From IMG/VR virus record IMGVR_UViG_3300020045_008999, positions 352,001 to 416,000 of that record: a stretch of DNA of 64,000 nt; one strand, written 5' to 3'. The translations under genes and the position numbers were made by a program. Of the stretch, positions 39,967-49,933 are shown one piece after another; the stretch's first letter is position 1, and every line of letters starts with the position of its first letter. The stretch is from a virus (Duplodnaviria > Heunggongvirae > Uroviricota > Caudoviricetes). The notes beneath the pieces are model-generated. The model saw nothing but the letters and a program-made list of their open reading frames with translations. It was not told where the DNA came from and searched no databases.

Positions 39967-42180
39967 TTATTCAGTATCGATACCATTACCTTCCAGTTCT
40001 TCATTTATCCGTTCATTTAAATAGTCCTCGTCTATTGAACCATGTACATCTTCCGGAATTGAAAGCTTCCTGTTCATATCAAGGTAATTGAGTACTAATT
40101 CATTTGCACCAAACACTTCCCCATAATCGGCAATGAGATTATCCATGTCATCATCGGTCAATAGATTGAATGCATTTACTTTTAATATCAATTTATCCCC
40201 CACGTACGTTGCATGTGAACCATTTTCATATGCTATAAAAATATTACCTAGTTGGTTTTCAATTTTTTTGTGAAATTCCTCGCCCTGGCCACTCGCATAT
40301 GCGAATGAATATGCCTGATTTAATGAATCTTTGATATCATCGGACTCATCTTCATCTATTACTTCGCGTAAGATGTCATATAACTCGCGTAGTGCGATAT
40401 GGTCATTGTTCTGATATATTAAATTCCTAGAATTTGAATAATTCAAACTTCGATATTCTTTGGTGTCATATTTCAATACCGTATTGTGGTCAAAGTCATC
40501 ATTCCCTTCTGATATGTAATATTTCGCTATTGAAATTAATGTATTAATTGTTAAATCATCAACTGCGGTTTGCCAATCATCCGTTGAATAATTATCAATC
40601 CATGCTTCATCTGGATTTTGGAAATCCATATTTGTATCCTCGAAGTATACTTTAAGGTCATCCCAATCGTTGTGGTGTATAGTAGAAATCATTTCGGAAT
40701 CCGCGTCTAATGCTTTTACCAATCGTTGTTTGTAATAGGAATGTATCTCACTTTCTTCAGGGGTATTTTTATATGCAATAAAATCAATCATTGTATTGTC
40801 AGTACTATGTTTGTAGCCGAATGCCACGATTCTATTACCATATGTCTCGAATTTGTCTGGATAATTATAATATTCCTCATTATGCTCAAATATAAAATCA
40901 TATGCGTCCAAACCATCAATATTTTCCAAATCGGAAAATATTTTCTGGAAGTCTAAAATCATATCAGTATTGCTAATATCAATCGAATCGAATATGTACA
41001 TTAACATGGTATCCAGTACACCACGGTGTCTCATGTAGAAATCATCATCTAAAATGGATAGCGCACTTTCCAAATCGTTAAAGTTTGAAGATATATCACT
41101 AAAATATTTGATTGTGTTATCTTTGAATTTTTCCAAATCCACTGTTTTCTCTAACTCTTGTTCAGTCAGTTTCTCACCCCATTCAATTACAGCTGATAAT
41201 GGATTTTCGTCGATCAGTATATTATCAATAAGGTCAGTGAAAATATTGGTGAAAATACTTTGTGACAATTCCGTTATTCCAGTTACTGCTGTGATTTTAG
41301 CAATGGACATACCATTATTTTCCCGGTCCTGGCAACCACCATGTATGGACTTACCATCTGTATTGATACTTATCCCGAACAGACTAAACTTACTAGATTG
41401 TGGTAAGTTGAAATTAAAAACCAAATATTGCGTTCCTAGTGAATAACCACCTACGTATGTATCAAAATATGAATCGGGTGCGTATACAATGCACCATCGA
41501 TTCGATCCAAGTGTGGTGACTAAGTCGCGATCATTTGATTGTATGACTAGTACATTATTTTTATCATATACTATTTTCGCATTATCTGTATCGGAGACAA
41601 CTGATAGCACACCATCTCTCGAAGAATTCACCATCCCATTAGTGATAAAACTTTCCATTGCCTTTGACAAATCATTTATTGATAAGTGGTTTGCCTCAAA
41701 ATATTTTAGTGGTGGGAATGTTTTTCTAATATCATTTGGTAGCAGCATAAACGATGCTACAATAGTATCTAGTTCTTGTTTTTGTGTTGATGATAAATTA
41801 TCGATTGTTATTTTCATAGATCGGTATAATGAATTATAGAATTTATCACAAATATGTGCAATATCTACCTTTCTAATATCATCCTGAAGTTCCTCTATTG
41901 AAATATAGTTTGTAACATTCTGTGGTAGTTTATTGACCAAATGAGATTTATTGATAATCCAATCAGCCACTAAGTTAAATTGTTCAATTGTTCCTTGTAG
42001 ATTTCCATCTGTATCCACCATCATTTTGGTAAACGGGTAAATTAAGTTTGGTTTTTTTGAAAACTTATCTTTGATGAACGATAAATCATCTTCCATTTCT
42101 GATATACCATTACTTGATAAGTAGGCTCTCATTTGTTTGATGTTTTCGTTAATTAGGAATTCATTTATTTTCTTTATCAT
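39967..42180 (-). CDS. Large acidic protein, paralog of 35728..37962
   Basis: MIKKINEFLINE start at ATG 42180; shared N-terminal ~300 aa. Confidence 0.8.
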   Translation of the reverse strand: MIKKINEFLINENIKQMRAYLSSNGISEMEDDLSFIKDKFSKKPNLIYPFTKMMVDTDGNLQGTIEQFNLVADWIINKSHLVNKLPQNVTNYISIEELQDDIRKVDIAHICDKFYNSLYRSMKITIDNLSSTQKQELDTIVASFMLLPNDIRKTFPPLKYFEANHLSINDLSKAMESFITNGMVNSSRDGVLSVVSDTDNAKIVYDKNNVLVIQSNDRDLVTTLGSNRWCIVYAPDSYFDTYVGGYSLGTQYLVFNFNLPQSSKFSLFGISINTDGKSIHGGCQDRENNGMSIAKITAVTGITELSQSIFTNIFTDLIDNILIDENPLSAVIEWGEKLTEQELEKTVDLEKFKDNTIKYFSDISSNFNDLESALSILDDDFYMRHRGVLDTMLMYIFDSIDISNTDMILDFQKIFSDLENIDGLDAYDFIFEHNEEYYNYPDKFETYGNRIVAFGYKHSTDNTMIDFIAYKNTPEESEIHSYYKQRLVKALDADSEMISTIHHNDWDDLKVYFEDTNMDFQNPDEAWIDNYSTDDWQTAVDDLTINTLISIAKYYISEGNDDFDHNTVLKYDTKEYRSLNYSNSRNLIYQNNDHIALRELYDILREVIDEDESDDIKDSLNQAYSFAYASGQGEEFHKKIENQLGNIFIAYENGSHATYVGDKLILKVNAFNLLTDDDMDNLIADYGEVFGANELVLNYLDMNRKLSIPEDVHGSIDEDYLNERINEELEGNGIDTE

Positions 42181-42190
42181 TATTGTCAAT

Positions 42191-42240
42191 ATATTGATTT
42201 ACCTATATATTAACTTTTTTATATATAGGTAAATGAATAT
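42191..42240. repeat. 20-bp inverted repeat (1 mismatch) overlapping two back-to-back late promoter motifs
   Basis: atattgatttacctatatat ... atatataggtaaatgaatat around a 10-nt loop. Confidence 0.85.
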
Positions 42241-42245
42241 AAATT

Positions 42246-43160
42246 ATGGGTAGATTGACTGATAGTGAATTTATATTGAGATCAATTAAAAAACATGGGG
42301 ATGTGTATGATTATTCTAACGTGAAATATATAAACTGTATGTCTAAAGTTGTGATAATATGTGATAGTCACGGTGTATTTGAACAAACCCCACTCAATCA
42401 TATGAATGGGCATGGTTGTCGGAAATGTGCAAATGAAACAACCAGTTCGAACCAACGGAAACATCTAGAATTTATACAAAATGCAAATATCATATATGGT
42501 GGGGTGTATGATTATAGTAAAGTTGAATACAAAAATAGAGTAACTAAAGTAAAGATAATATGCAGTCAGCATGGGGTCTTTTTGATGACACCGGTTAATC
42601 ACATAACTAAAAATGGATGTCCTAAATGTAGTATTGAAACTAGACAAAATATTAATTGTATAAAATTTATAGAAAACTCTAGACAAGTGCATAAAAATTC
42701 ATACTGTTATGATATGGTTGAATATAAAACTGATAAATTAAAGGTACAGATCATTTGTAATAAACATGGCTCATTCATACAGCAACCAAGGGTACATTTA
42801 AGTGGTAGTGGCTGCCCAACATGTTCTTCTAGTAAGGGGGAATTATCAATTTCTGAATATTTAAATGAAAACAATATTTATTATATCAGTGAGTACAAAT
42901 TTGAGGATTGTGTTCATGTAAATAATTTGGTTTTTGATTTTTATATACCTGGTAAACATATATGTATAGAGTTTGATGGTAAGCAACATTTCCAACCGAT
43001 AGCTTTTTTTGGAGGTGATAAAGGATTTGAACTGACTAAAAAAAGGGATACTCTAAAGAATTCGTATTGTACTGATAATAATATAAAATTGATAAGAATC
43101 CCTTATACTAAATATCAAGAAATATCAAAAATATTAAAAGAAGAGTTATGGGTGAATTAA
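42246..43160 (+). mobile_element. Putative free-standing homing endonuclease (three YDYS..EY/C..HG.F/H..G.GC..C repeats + DUF559/Vsr-like nuclease)
   Basis: Three DUF723-like Zn repeats; SKGE, FDFYIP..ICIEFDGKQHF, IKLIRIPY. Confidence 0.8.
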
Positions 43161-43837
43161 TAGAACGAATAAAACTAAGTAACTTAGTTAATGGTAATGG
43201 ACTTGTTGATAATTTTAAAAAAAATTCTTTATATTTTTTCGATAAATACAAACAATCTGATAAAGAAGTAACCAACATACCAGTTGGTAAGATGTCAGTC
43301 GGTGGTTTTTATTTTCTGCATTATCGTGACGATTCAAATTTTATGAAATATTCACCAATATTTGTATGTGATTTTCGCAAATTCGGGAACATGATTGTAG
43401 TATTTGGCGTGAATTTTAATTTTATTCCGATAGAAATTAGGGCTAGTATATTTGACAAGTTTATTAGTGAGAAAGATTTCGAAAATGATCGGGACATTGC
43501 GGTTAAATATCAGGGTATGTATGATGAGCTTCGTAAATATGGATTCGAATATGCGATAAATGAGTACAATGTGTCCCAAATAGTGAGTGTCCATCGCATA
43601 ACAATGTCAATTGTACCCCGGTTCCTTTACAGTCAACATCCTATTAATAAATATGATCCCAAAAAACTTTATAGTATAATGTTGGCTAAGATTGAGGGTC
43701 GTGACGCTCGTCATAAAGAAATGACCAATTCATTCATTAAAGATTTCTTTCAGGCTTCTGATGACATATTAGAGAATTATGATCAATTGAATGCGCACAT
43801 CAAGCGACTTCAAACGTCCCTACGAAAATATGGGTAA
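43148..43837 (+). CDS. DNA end protector, T4 gp2-like
   Basis: GGFYFLHY, YSPIF, GVNFNFIP..IR resemble gp2 motifs; upstream of portal. Confidence 0.5.
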   Translation: MGELIERIKLSNLVNGNGLVDNFKKNSLYFFDKYKQSDKEVTNIPVGKMSVGGFYFLHYRDDSNFMKYSPIFVCDFRKFGNMIVVFGVNFNFIPIEIRASIFDKFISEKDFENDRDIAVKYQGMYDELRKYGFEYAINEYNVSQIVSVHRITMSIVPRFLYSQHPINKYDPKKLYSIMLAKIEGRDARHKEMTNSFIKDFFQASDDILENYDQLNAHIKRLQTSLRKYG

Positions 43838-43876
43838 TATGTGTCAGGGGGAAGACATAATTATATATATAGGTAT

Positions 43877-44023
43877 ATGAAAGCAAAAGAAGTTATGACA
43901 AAGTATGGTATTACGAGAAATACACTTTGTAATTGGGTAAAGAAAGGTCTCATTGGATATGAGTTAACACCTAGTGGTAGATATATTTACATCTTGCCAG
44001 AAGTTAAAAAAGAGATGGAATAA
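43877..44023 (+). CDS. Stand-alone MerR/IS607-type helix-turn-helix protein (48 aa)
   Basis: MKAKEVMTKYGITRNTLCNWVKKGLI...TPSGRYIY; TTATATATA just upstream. Confidence 0.75.
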   Translation: MKAKEVMTKYGITRNTLCNWVKKGLIGYELTPSGRYIYILPEVKKEME

Positions 44024-45718
44024 ATGGCGGCATACAATCAAGGATTCGGTAATAATGATAATTTAGGGGTTATTAATAATGGTGGCGGTACTAATAGGGG
44101 CATATTTGATAAAATGTTGCGATCATTATCCAATCTTGGTATGGAGTATGATGACATGATTTTAAAAAATCAAGTTGGTGTTGGTATTAACGAAGACCCA
44201 TATGCCATGCGTAATAGTATGTACGACTTTTTTTCACAAAAAGCTGTTGCCCGAGTCTTATCTTCAAAATCAATTCCGTATTTGGATAAGGCTTATGGTG
44301 ATAAGCGTAGGATATTGAGAGAATATTCTATTAAGGATGAAATTCGAGATTTCGTATCCACATTAGCAGATGATTGTATTATCTATAATGAAAAAGATTT
44401 TTGTTATCCCAAGCCAATGAGTAATGACTACAGTCAGGATATGCGTGATAAATATCAAGAAATATTTGAGAAAGTGTACAATCGTTATGGTTTTTCCGAT
44501 AGTATTTCCGCTTGGAATATGATGAAAGATTTTCTGATCGACGGATTTGTGGTAAACGAAATTGTATGGGATGATAAAAAGAAAAATATAATCCACTTCA
44601 ATCGTCTATTACCTGAAACATTAGTACCTGGATACGAGCCTGGAATTGGTAATCTTTGGATTCAATATCCGGAAGATCCACAGTTACGAAGAATTTTTCT
44701 AGATTCCCAAATTGTATTTGTATCTTATTCAACCCAAAATGATTATGGTGAAATATCATATTTAGAGGGGTTAATCAAACCTTATAATCAATTAAAGATA
44801 ATTGAACAAACAAGAATAATGTTCAATTTGATAAATGCGACGGTTTATCAAAAATTCATTATACCTGTACGAGGATTACCACGTGCTAAGGCAGAAGAGC
44901 AAATTGGTCAATTGATTGCAGATTATTCGGAAGAAGTTGAATGGGATGACGCATTGGGTACTGTTAGTATAAATGGATCAAAGCATTTGCCGTTCCATAA
45001 GCAAGTATGGTTCCCTGATGGTGAAGCTGGTACACCAACAATGGAATTGGTATCACCCGAAGGCCACAATCTAAATGAATCCGATATGCTTACATGGTTT
45101 TATAACATTCTAAAAAGAGCGTCTAAAATTCCATTTCAGCGTTTTGATCGTGAAAATGGTGGTGGTAATATTTTTTCAGATTCTTCTGAAATGACCCGTG
45201 ATGAAATTAAATTTGGAAACTTCGTCAATAGAATTCGTGCAATATTTAAGGAACTTATAGTTAAGCCAATAAAATTGCAAATGTGTGTTGAATTCCCAGA
45301 ATTAATAAATGATGAAATTTTCCTGAACGAATGTGATATCGTATTCAATAGTAGTCAAATTTTCGAAACTTGGAAGCGTTTGAATAACATGGACAAACGT
45401 GCCGAAATAGTATCAAATTTACTTGCAATTGAAAAAAGTGAGGGTCGGCCATATTTCCACATCGAATACTTGATGGACACTGTTTTTGAACTAAGTCAAG
45501 AAGATAAAGATAGTAATGAATCATACTGGATCAAATATCCAAATGGTGGAATGTCTGGTGATGCAGAATTTGGTGGTGGTGATCCTGGTATGGGGCCAGA
45601 TCCTGGAATGGGTGATGAGACCGGAATGGGTGATGAGACCGGAATGGGTGATGAGACCGGGGACGATGGTGGGAGTGATGCTGGTGGGAGTGAGGATAGT
45701 AAAGATTTCGATTTCTAA
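44024..45718 (+). CDS. gp20: Portal vertex protein, T4 gp20-like
   Basis: DFLIDG, SYLEGLIKPYNQLKIIE, LPRAKAEE, ASKIPFQRF, TRDEIKFGNFVNRIR. Confidence 0.92.
   Translation: MAAYNQGFGNNDNLGVINNGGGTNRGIFDKMLRSLSNLGMEYDDMILKNQVGVGINEDPYAMRNSMYDFFSQKAVARVLSSKSIPYLDKAYGDKRRILREYSIKDEIRDFVSTLADDCIIYNEKDFCYPKPMSNDYSQDMRDKYQEIFEKVYNRYGFSDSISAWNMMKDFLIDGFVVNEIVWDDKKKNIIHFNRLLPETLVPGYEPGIGNLWIQYPEDPQLRRIFLDSQIVFVSYSTQNDYGEISYLEGLIKPYNQLKIIEQTRIMFNLINATVYQKFIIPVRGLPRAKAEEQIGQLIADYSEEVEWDDALGTVSINGSKHLPFHKQVWFPDGEAGTPTMELVSPEGHNLNESDMLTWFYNILKRASKIPFQRFDRENGGGNIFSDSSEMTRDEIKFGNFVNRIRAIFKELIVKPIKLQMCVEFPELINDEIFLNECDIVFNSSQIFETWKRLNNMDKRAEIVSNLLAIEKSEGRPYFHIEYLMDTVFELSQEDKDSNESYWIKYPNGGMSGDAEFGGGDPGMGPDPGMGDETGMGDETGMGDETGDDGGSDAGGSEDSKDFDF
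45605..45658 (+). repeat. Three perfect 18-nt tandem repeats (GMGDET x3) in portal C-terminus
   Basis: ggaatgggtgatgagacc x3. Confidence 0.95.
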
Positions 45719-45751
45719 GCAAATAAAAAGATGTGAATTTTCACATCTTTT

Positions 45752-46096
45752 TTATTTATCTAATTTTTTATTAATAGAACTTCGAATTAGTGAATTTTGT
45801 AATGGGTAATCTACCCCATGTGATTTATTCAATGTTTCTTTGCGTTTAAATTCCGAATGTTTCCGACAATAGTATTCGCCCCAAGTATTATCATATTTAA
45901 TATAATTTTTATAGATCACTTCCTTTTCAACTCCACAAACATCGCATTTGCACAGAATTTTATATTGGCTGCCATTTTTCAACAGACCAACCGGTATGCT
46001 TAAATCAGAACCGATTTCGGTATTATAACCTAGGCTTTCGTAATACTCTAAATTACTTTCATTTATTTTAATTAAAATATCGGTTGTTATTATCAT
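45752..46096 (-). CDS. Zn-ribbon protein resembling the accessory domain of phage homing endonucleases
   Basis: YYESLGY, CKCDVCG, YYCRKH, ETLNKSHGVDYPLQ; no nuclease domain seen. Confidence 0.6.
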   Translation of the reverse strand: MIITTDILIKINESNLEYYESLGYNTEIGSDLSIPVGLLKNGSQYKILCKCDVCGVEKEVIYKNYIKYDNTWGEYYCRKHSEFKRKETLNKSHGVDYPLQNSLIRSSINKKLDK

Positions 46097-46154
46097 TATA
46101 TTTTTGTATTTTTGTATTATATACTTTATATATACGATAAATCAGATTTAGTTT

Positions 46155-46541
46155 ATGAAATGGATACGAACATTTGAATCATTTATAGACCCGAATATTT
46201 TATCACAGTTAAATATTCGGGCGATTGTGCATAGTGACTATTTTTTTACGGATAAGACAGTTGGTAACTTCTATACTAATAACATATTTGACATAACAGT
46301 CAATAGTATGTCATCTGACCATGAAGTAATTTATTTATATACTACTGTTAAATTCCAAATGGTGGAATATACTATAAGAATTTCATTTGACAATGAACGT
46401 AATGTAGATTACGGTGGTGAATATTTTGATCTCAAACACAGAAATCGTTATGATCTGGATGGATTTAACAAATTGACTAATGAGATTTTAGACGATTTAG
46501 TTCCGAACGATATTTGGGATGTGCGATTTGAAAATAATTAA
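46155..46541 (+). CDS. Hypothetical protein with MKWIRTFESF start
   Basis: 128 aa; shared N-terminal motif. Confidence 0.7.
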   Translation: MKWIRTFESFIDPNILSQLNIRAIVHSDYFFTDKTVGNFYTNNIFDITVNSMSSDHEVIYLYTTVKFQMVEYTIRISFDNERNVDYGGEYFDLKHRNRYDLDGFNKLTNEILDDLVPNDIWDVRFENN

Positions 46542-46571
46542 ACTTTATGAGTATATTTCCATATAATCAAC

Positions 46572-47345
46572 ATGGAAGATATATATAATAAAATTACCAA
46601 AGATATTATTTTTTTCGATTTAGAAACTACCGGTGTCGATATAAAATATGATCAAATCATAGAAATATATGCGGTGCGATATACTACTGGTCGAATGAAA
46701 AAAATACTACATAAATACATCAAGCCTACTATACCGATTTCACCCGGTGCAATCGAAACACATGGTATTACTGCAGAAATGCTGGCTATTTACCCAACAA
46801 TGTCCGAGTGTGTAGATGAAATTTTTGATTTTTTCATAGATGCTGATCTGGGTGGATATAATTGTTTGAAATTTGATATTCCATTTCTTTTCGAAGAATT
46901 ATCTCGATTTGGTAAGACCCTTACTATGAACGTCAGTGTCATTGATTCTTATAATTTAATAAATAAATTAGAACCAAGAACACTTGGTGATGTGTATAGG
47001 GAATATTTTGGACAAGATATTATTAATGCACATTCTTCTAAAAATGATACAGAAGCAACTATTCAGGTTTTCATCAAACAAATTGAAAAGTATGGATTGG
47101 GTAGTTCGACAATTGACGAAATATCAAATATTGTTCGCAGTGATAAAGATGGTAATAGGATTATTGATTTGTCTGGTTGGTTTATAAAAATAGGGTCCGA
47201 ATATTTTTATAATAGAGGGACCAATAAAGAAACTAAAGTATTTGATAACTTAGATTATCTGAAATGGATGATTGGTAGTAATCGTGTTGAAAATAATTCT
47301 AGATTAGTTGCTAAAAAATTATTAATGTTACATGCAAAATTATAA
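46572..47345 (+). CDS. dnaQ: DEDDh 3'-5' exonuclease (DNA pol III epsilon-like)
   Basis: FFDLETTG, ETHGIT, GYNCLKFD, AHSSKND. Confidence 0.9.
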   Translation: MEDIYNKITKDIIFFDLETTGVDIKYDQIIEIYAVRYTTGRMKKILHKYIKPTIPISPGAIETHGITAEMLAIYPTMSECVDEIFDFFIDADLGGYNCLKFDIPFLFEELSRFGKTLTMNVSVIDSYNLINKLEPRTLGDVYREYFGQDIINAHSSKNDTEATIQVFIKQIEKYGLGSSTIDEISNIVRSDKDGNRIIDLSGWFIKIGSEYFYNRGTNKETKVFDNLDYLKWMIGSNRVENNSRLVAKKLLMLHAKL

Positions 47346-47640
47346 AATAAAAACATCGACATTAGAAGAAGTTGCACAAGTGAGAGATATCATCAAAGGG
47401 ATCCAGTTGCCAAATATTCTTTTTGTTGAGGGGAGTGATGAAGTCGGTTTTTGTTTATATTACTATAGTCCAGTGACGAATCGTGTAATTTTTATGGTAC
47501 GCAAAGAACGTGATAATGATTCGTTACTCATGCACATGGAGCACTGTTGGAATGTTTTACCCTTGGAAGAAATTAGTTTTTCTAAATTTCGCTCAATGAG
47601 TCGTGTGGAAAATATACAAAAAATATTAAATAATGATTAA
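47332..47640 (+). CDS. Hypothetical protein
   Basis: 102 aa, overlapping operon arrangement. Confidence 0.65.
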   Translation: MQNYKIKTSTLEEVAQVRDIIKGIQLPNILFVEGSDEVGFCLYYYSPVTNRVIFMVRKERDNDSLLMHMEHCWNVLPLEEISFSKFRSMSRVENIQKILNND

Positions 47641-47941
47641 TAATATTATATTGGAGTTATACGCAGAGAGGCGCGAACTAATGTCTAAACTATTATTCTC
47701 TTTACAAGACATTGATCCTGATTATGACGAAGTTCCTGGTTTCACCAATAACATAGATGATTTGATAGTTGATCGACCCGATAACATTAATAGCATGGCT
47801 GCAATAACAGAACGATTATATGTGTTGTGTGATGGTGATTACTTATTATTAGATATGTATCGCAGATTGTCTCTGGCACTCAGTAAGGAAAATTATGAAG
47901 AGGCTACGGGAATAAAAAATGAAATATTGAACCATAAGTAA
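47633..47941 (+). CDS. Small protein with C-terminal UVR (UvrB/UvrC) motif
   Basis: LSLALSKENYEEATGIKNEI. Confidence 0.65.
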   Translation: MINNIILELYAERRELMSKLLFSLQDIDPDYDEVPGFTNNIDDLIVDRPDNINSMAAITERLYVLCDGDYLLLDMYRRLSLALSKENYEEATGIKNEILNHK

Positions 47942-47994
47942 TTGTATTGTAAATATTATTTTTATATATTTGTAAATAAAAAATATTGATATTA

Positions 47995-48273
47995 ATGTTA
48001 GATGAAAAATTAATTAAGGCGGCATTTGAGTATAATGCAATTATCAAGAGTGTAGATGTGCTAGACGATGATGCTGATGTGTTCACTCGTATTAATAAAT
48101 GTAGTGATTTGCTGACCGGATATATGTTTTTTTTAGCACTATACAACGAGGACTATATCTTATTCAATCTGTATACTGGCCTAGCGGAAGCTATAACGAA
48201 TGAAAATTATGAATGTGCAAATGAATACAGAACCAACATATTGATTTATGAAAACAAACATACGAACGTTTAA
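47995..48273 (+). CDS. Small protein with C-terminal UVR-like motif
   Basis: LAEAITNENYECANEYRTNI; TATATTTG upstream. Confidence 0.6.
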   Translation: MLDEKLIKAAFEYNAIIKSVDVLDDDADVFTRINKCSDLLTGYMFFLALYNEDYILFNLYTGLAEAITNENYECANEYRTNILIYENKHTNV

Positions 48274-48673
48274 AGTGTCATTGGACATACATGGTGTCAT
48301 TGATGAATTGCCCGTTTTTTTCTCAGCATTCAGTAAATCATTGGTTGATAGTGGTATGGAATTACATATTGTGACCGGTGGTTCAATCGAACGAGCAAAG
48401 CGTGAATTGAAATTGCACAACATTACATATACTCATTTATTTTCAATATTGGATTATCATGTTGAAAATGGTACCCCAACATTTGGAAATCATCCCAAAT
48501 ATGGCTTCCCAATGATTGATGATGCCATATGGGATCAAACTAAAAGTAAGTATTGTGAAGATCATGACATTGACTTACATATTGATGATACTGTTGCTTA
48601 CGGGGATTCATTCACAACCCCGTTTTCTAAATTGTGGACAAAAACTAAAGGGATTAAACCTAAAAACAAATAA
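48248..48673 (+). CDS. HAD-superfamily protein
   Basis: VSLDIHGVI, IVTG, K..C, HIDD. Confidence 0.7.
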   Translation: MKTNIRTFKVSLDIHGVIDELPVFFSAFSKSLVDSGMELHIVTGGSIERAKRELKLHNITYTHLFSILDYHVENGTPTFGNHPKYGFPMIDDAIWDQTKSKYCEDHDIDLHIDDTVAYGDSFTTPFSKLWTKTKGIKPKNK

Positions 48674-48676
48674 AAA

Positions 48677-49096
48677 ATGGATAAGATGAACATTGAAGCT
48701 AAAATAAATGCAGATTTCACTGCAGCATTCAAGGCAAAGGATTTCGATCGCAAAAATATTTTAGCGGTTGTTAGAGGTGAAATGCAAAATTTGAAAAAGA
48801 TTTTAATTATTGACGAATTGGATGATGAAAATAGTACCATCATTTTAACTAAATTTGTTAAAGGAATTCGGATGAACATAAAACAATCCGCAATACCAAA
48901 ATCGAGTGATTTATATGAGTTAGAGGTATTGGAAGGGTATTTGCCTAAGGAAATTTCAGAAGATGATATACGTGATCAAATAAAAGAATTGATCGAATCA
49001 GGGGTAACTAATATAGGTCAGGTTATGCGAGCATTCGCTAATAAACCGGTAAACCGACAACTAGTTTCCGAAATATATACACAATTAGATAAATAA
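48677..49096 (+). CDS. GatB/YqeY domain protein
   Basis: AAFKAKD, ELEVLEGYLPKEISED, NIGQVM. Confidence 0.88.
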   Translation: MDKMNIEAKINADFTAAFKAKDFDRKNILAVVRGEMQNLKKILIIDELDDENSTIILTKFVKGIRMNIKQSAIPKSSDLYELEVLEGYLPKEISEDDIRDQIKELIESGVTNIGQVMRAFANKPVNRQLVSEIYTQLDK

Positions 49097-49136
49097 AAAA
49101 AACCCCTATAGATATAGGGGTTTTTTGTGGGTTGGA

Positions 49137-49625
49137 TTAATGTGCATAAAAATCATTCACAGATAATTTAGTAAATTTCACCTCTTTCAATTCATCTGAT
49201 ACAAATTTGTTACACATATCTACAAATTTCTTTGCATCTTTTCTGGTTTTGAATTTAATATCGCTTTTTGAAAACTTCTCGCCGGTATTTGATAAATCAA
49301 TTTTGAAAGTATCAGCTGGTTTTTTAAACGAAACCACTAAAATATATTCATATTTTTTTTCCTTATCAGTTTTTTTAGATACATCATTTTTAGTTACGTT
49401 CATCTCACTGATTACATTCTCGAAATAGATTGGATTAGTGACTTTAGTGTTGTGTGGTGCTGAGTAATAAACAAATGATGCATCTTTAATTTCAATTGAT
49501 GCTGCATGTTTATTTAAATTGTCCGCTCTTTTAGCGTGGCCTTTCGTTGCCAACATTTTAGCGGCATTAACGTAAGTTGATTTTTGTAATTCTTCGTATA
49601 CTTTAAACGTATTTAAATGTTTCAT
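49137..49625 (-). CDS. Basic protein with MKHLNTFKVYEE start
   Basis: 162 aa; late promoter 49649-49657. Confidence 0.75.
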   Translation of the reverse strand: MKHLNTFKVYEELQKSTYVNAAKMLATKGHAKRADNLNKHAASIEIKDASFVYYSAPHNTKVTNPIYFENVISEMNVTKNDVSKKTDKEKKYEYILVVSFKKPADTFKIDLSNTGEKFSKSDIKFKTRKDAKKFVDMCNKFVSDELKEVKFTKLSVNDFYAH

Positions 49626-49696
49626 TATAGAATATAGTATTTTTTATTTATATATTAATTTATAAAACTAAAAAAAAGCGATTGCTCGCTTTTTTT

Positions 49697-49933
49697 TTAT
49701 ATCATTTCGAAAGTACTTTCTATAAAATGGTCGATGTTGGTGTCGTGGTATATGTATTCGTAATTTTCATGAAGAAATATTAAAGATTTACGACCGATGT
49801 TTAGAACCTCTATTTCCTTGTGTATGGTTATGTTTACTTTGGACTGCTTCCCAATTAATAAATATGGCTCGCATATTATATTAATTGGCTTAGTTGTCTT
49901 AAACTTATTGCCATTTAAATATTTGTCAATCAT
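49697..49933 (-). CDS. Hypothetical protein
   Basis: 78 aa, end of greA operon. Confidence 0.6.
   Translation of the reverse strand: MIDKYLNGNKFKTTKPINIICEPYLLIGKQSKVNITIHKEIEVLNIGRKSLIFLHENYEYIYHDTNIDHFIESTFEMI

Noticed and set aside
43841-44023. Intact IS607 element
   Set aside because: Only the HTH is present; no serine recombinase domain or TnpB
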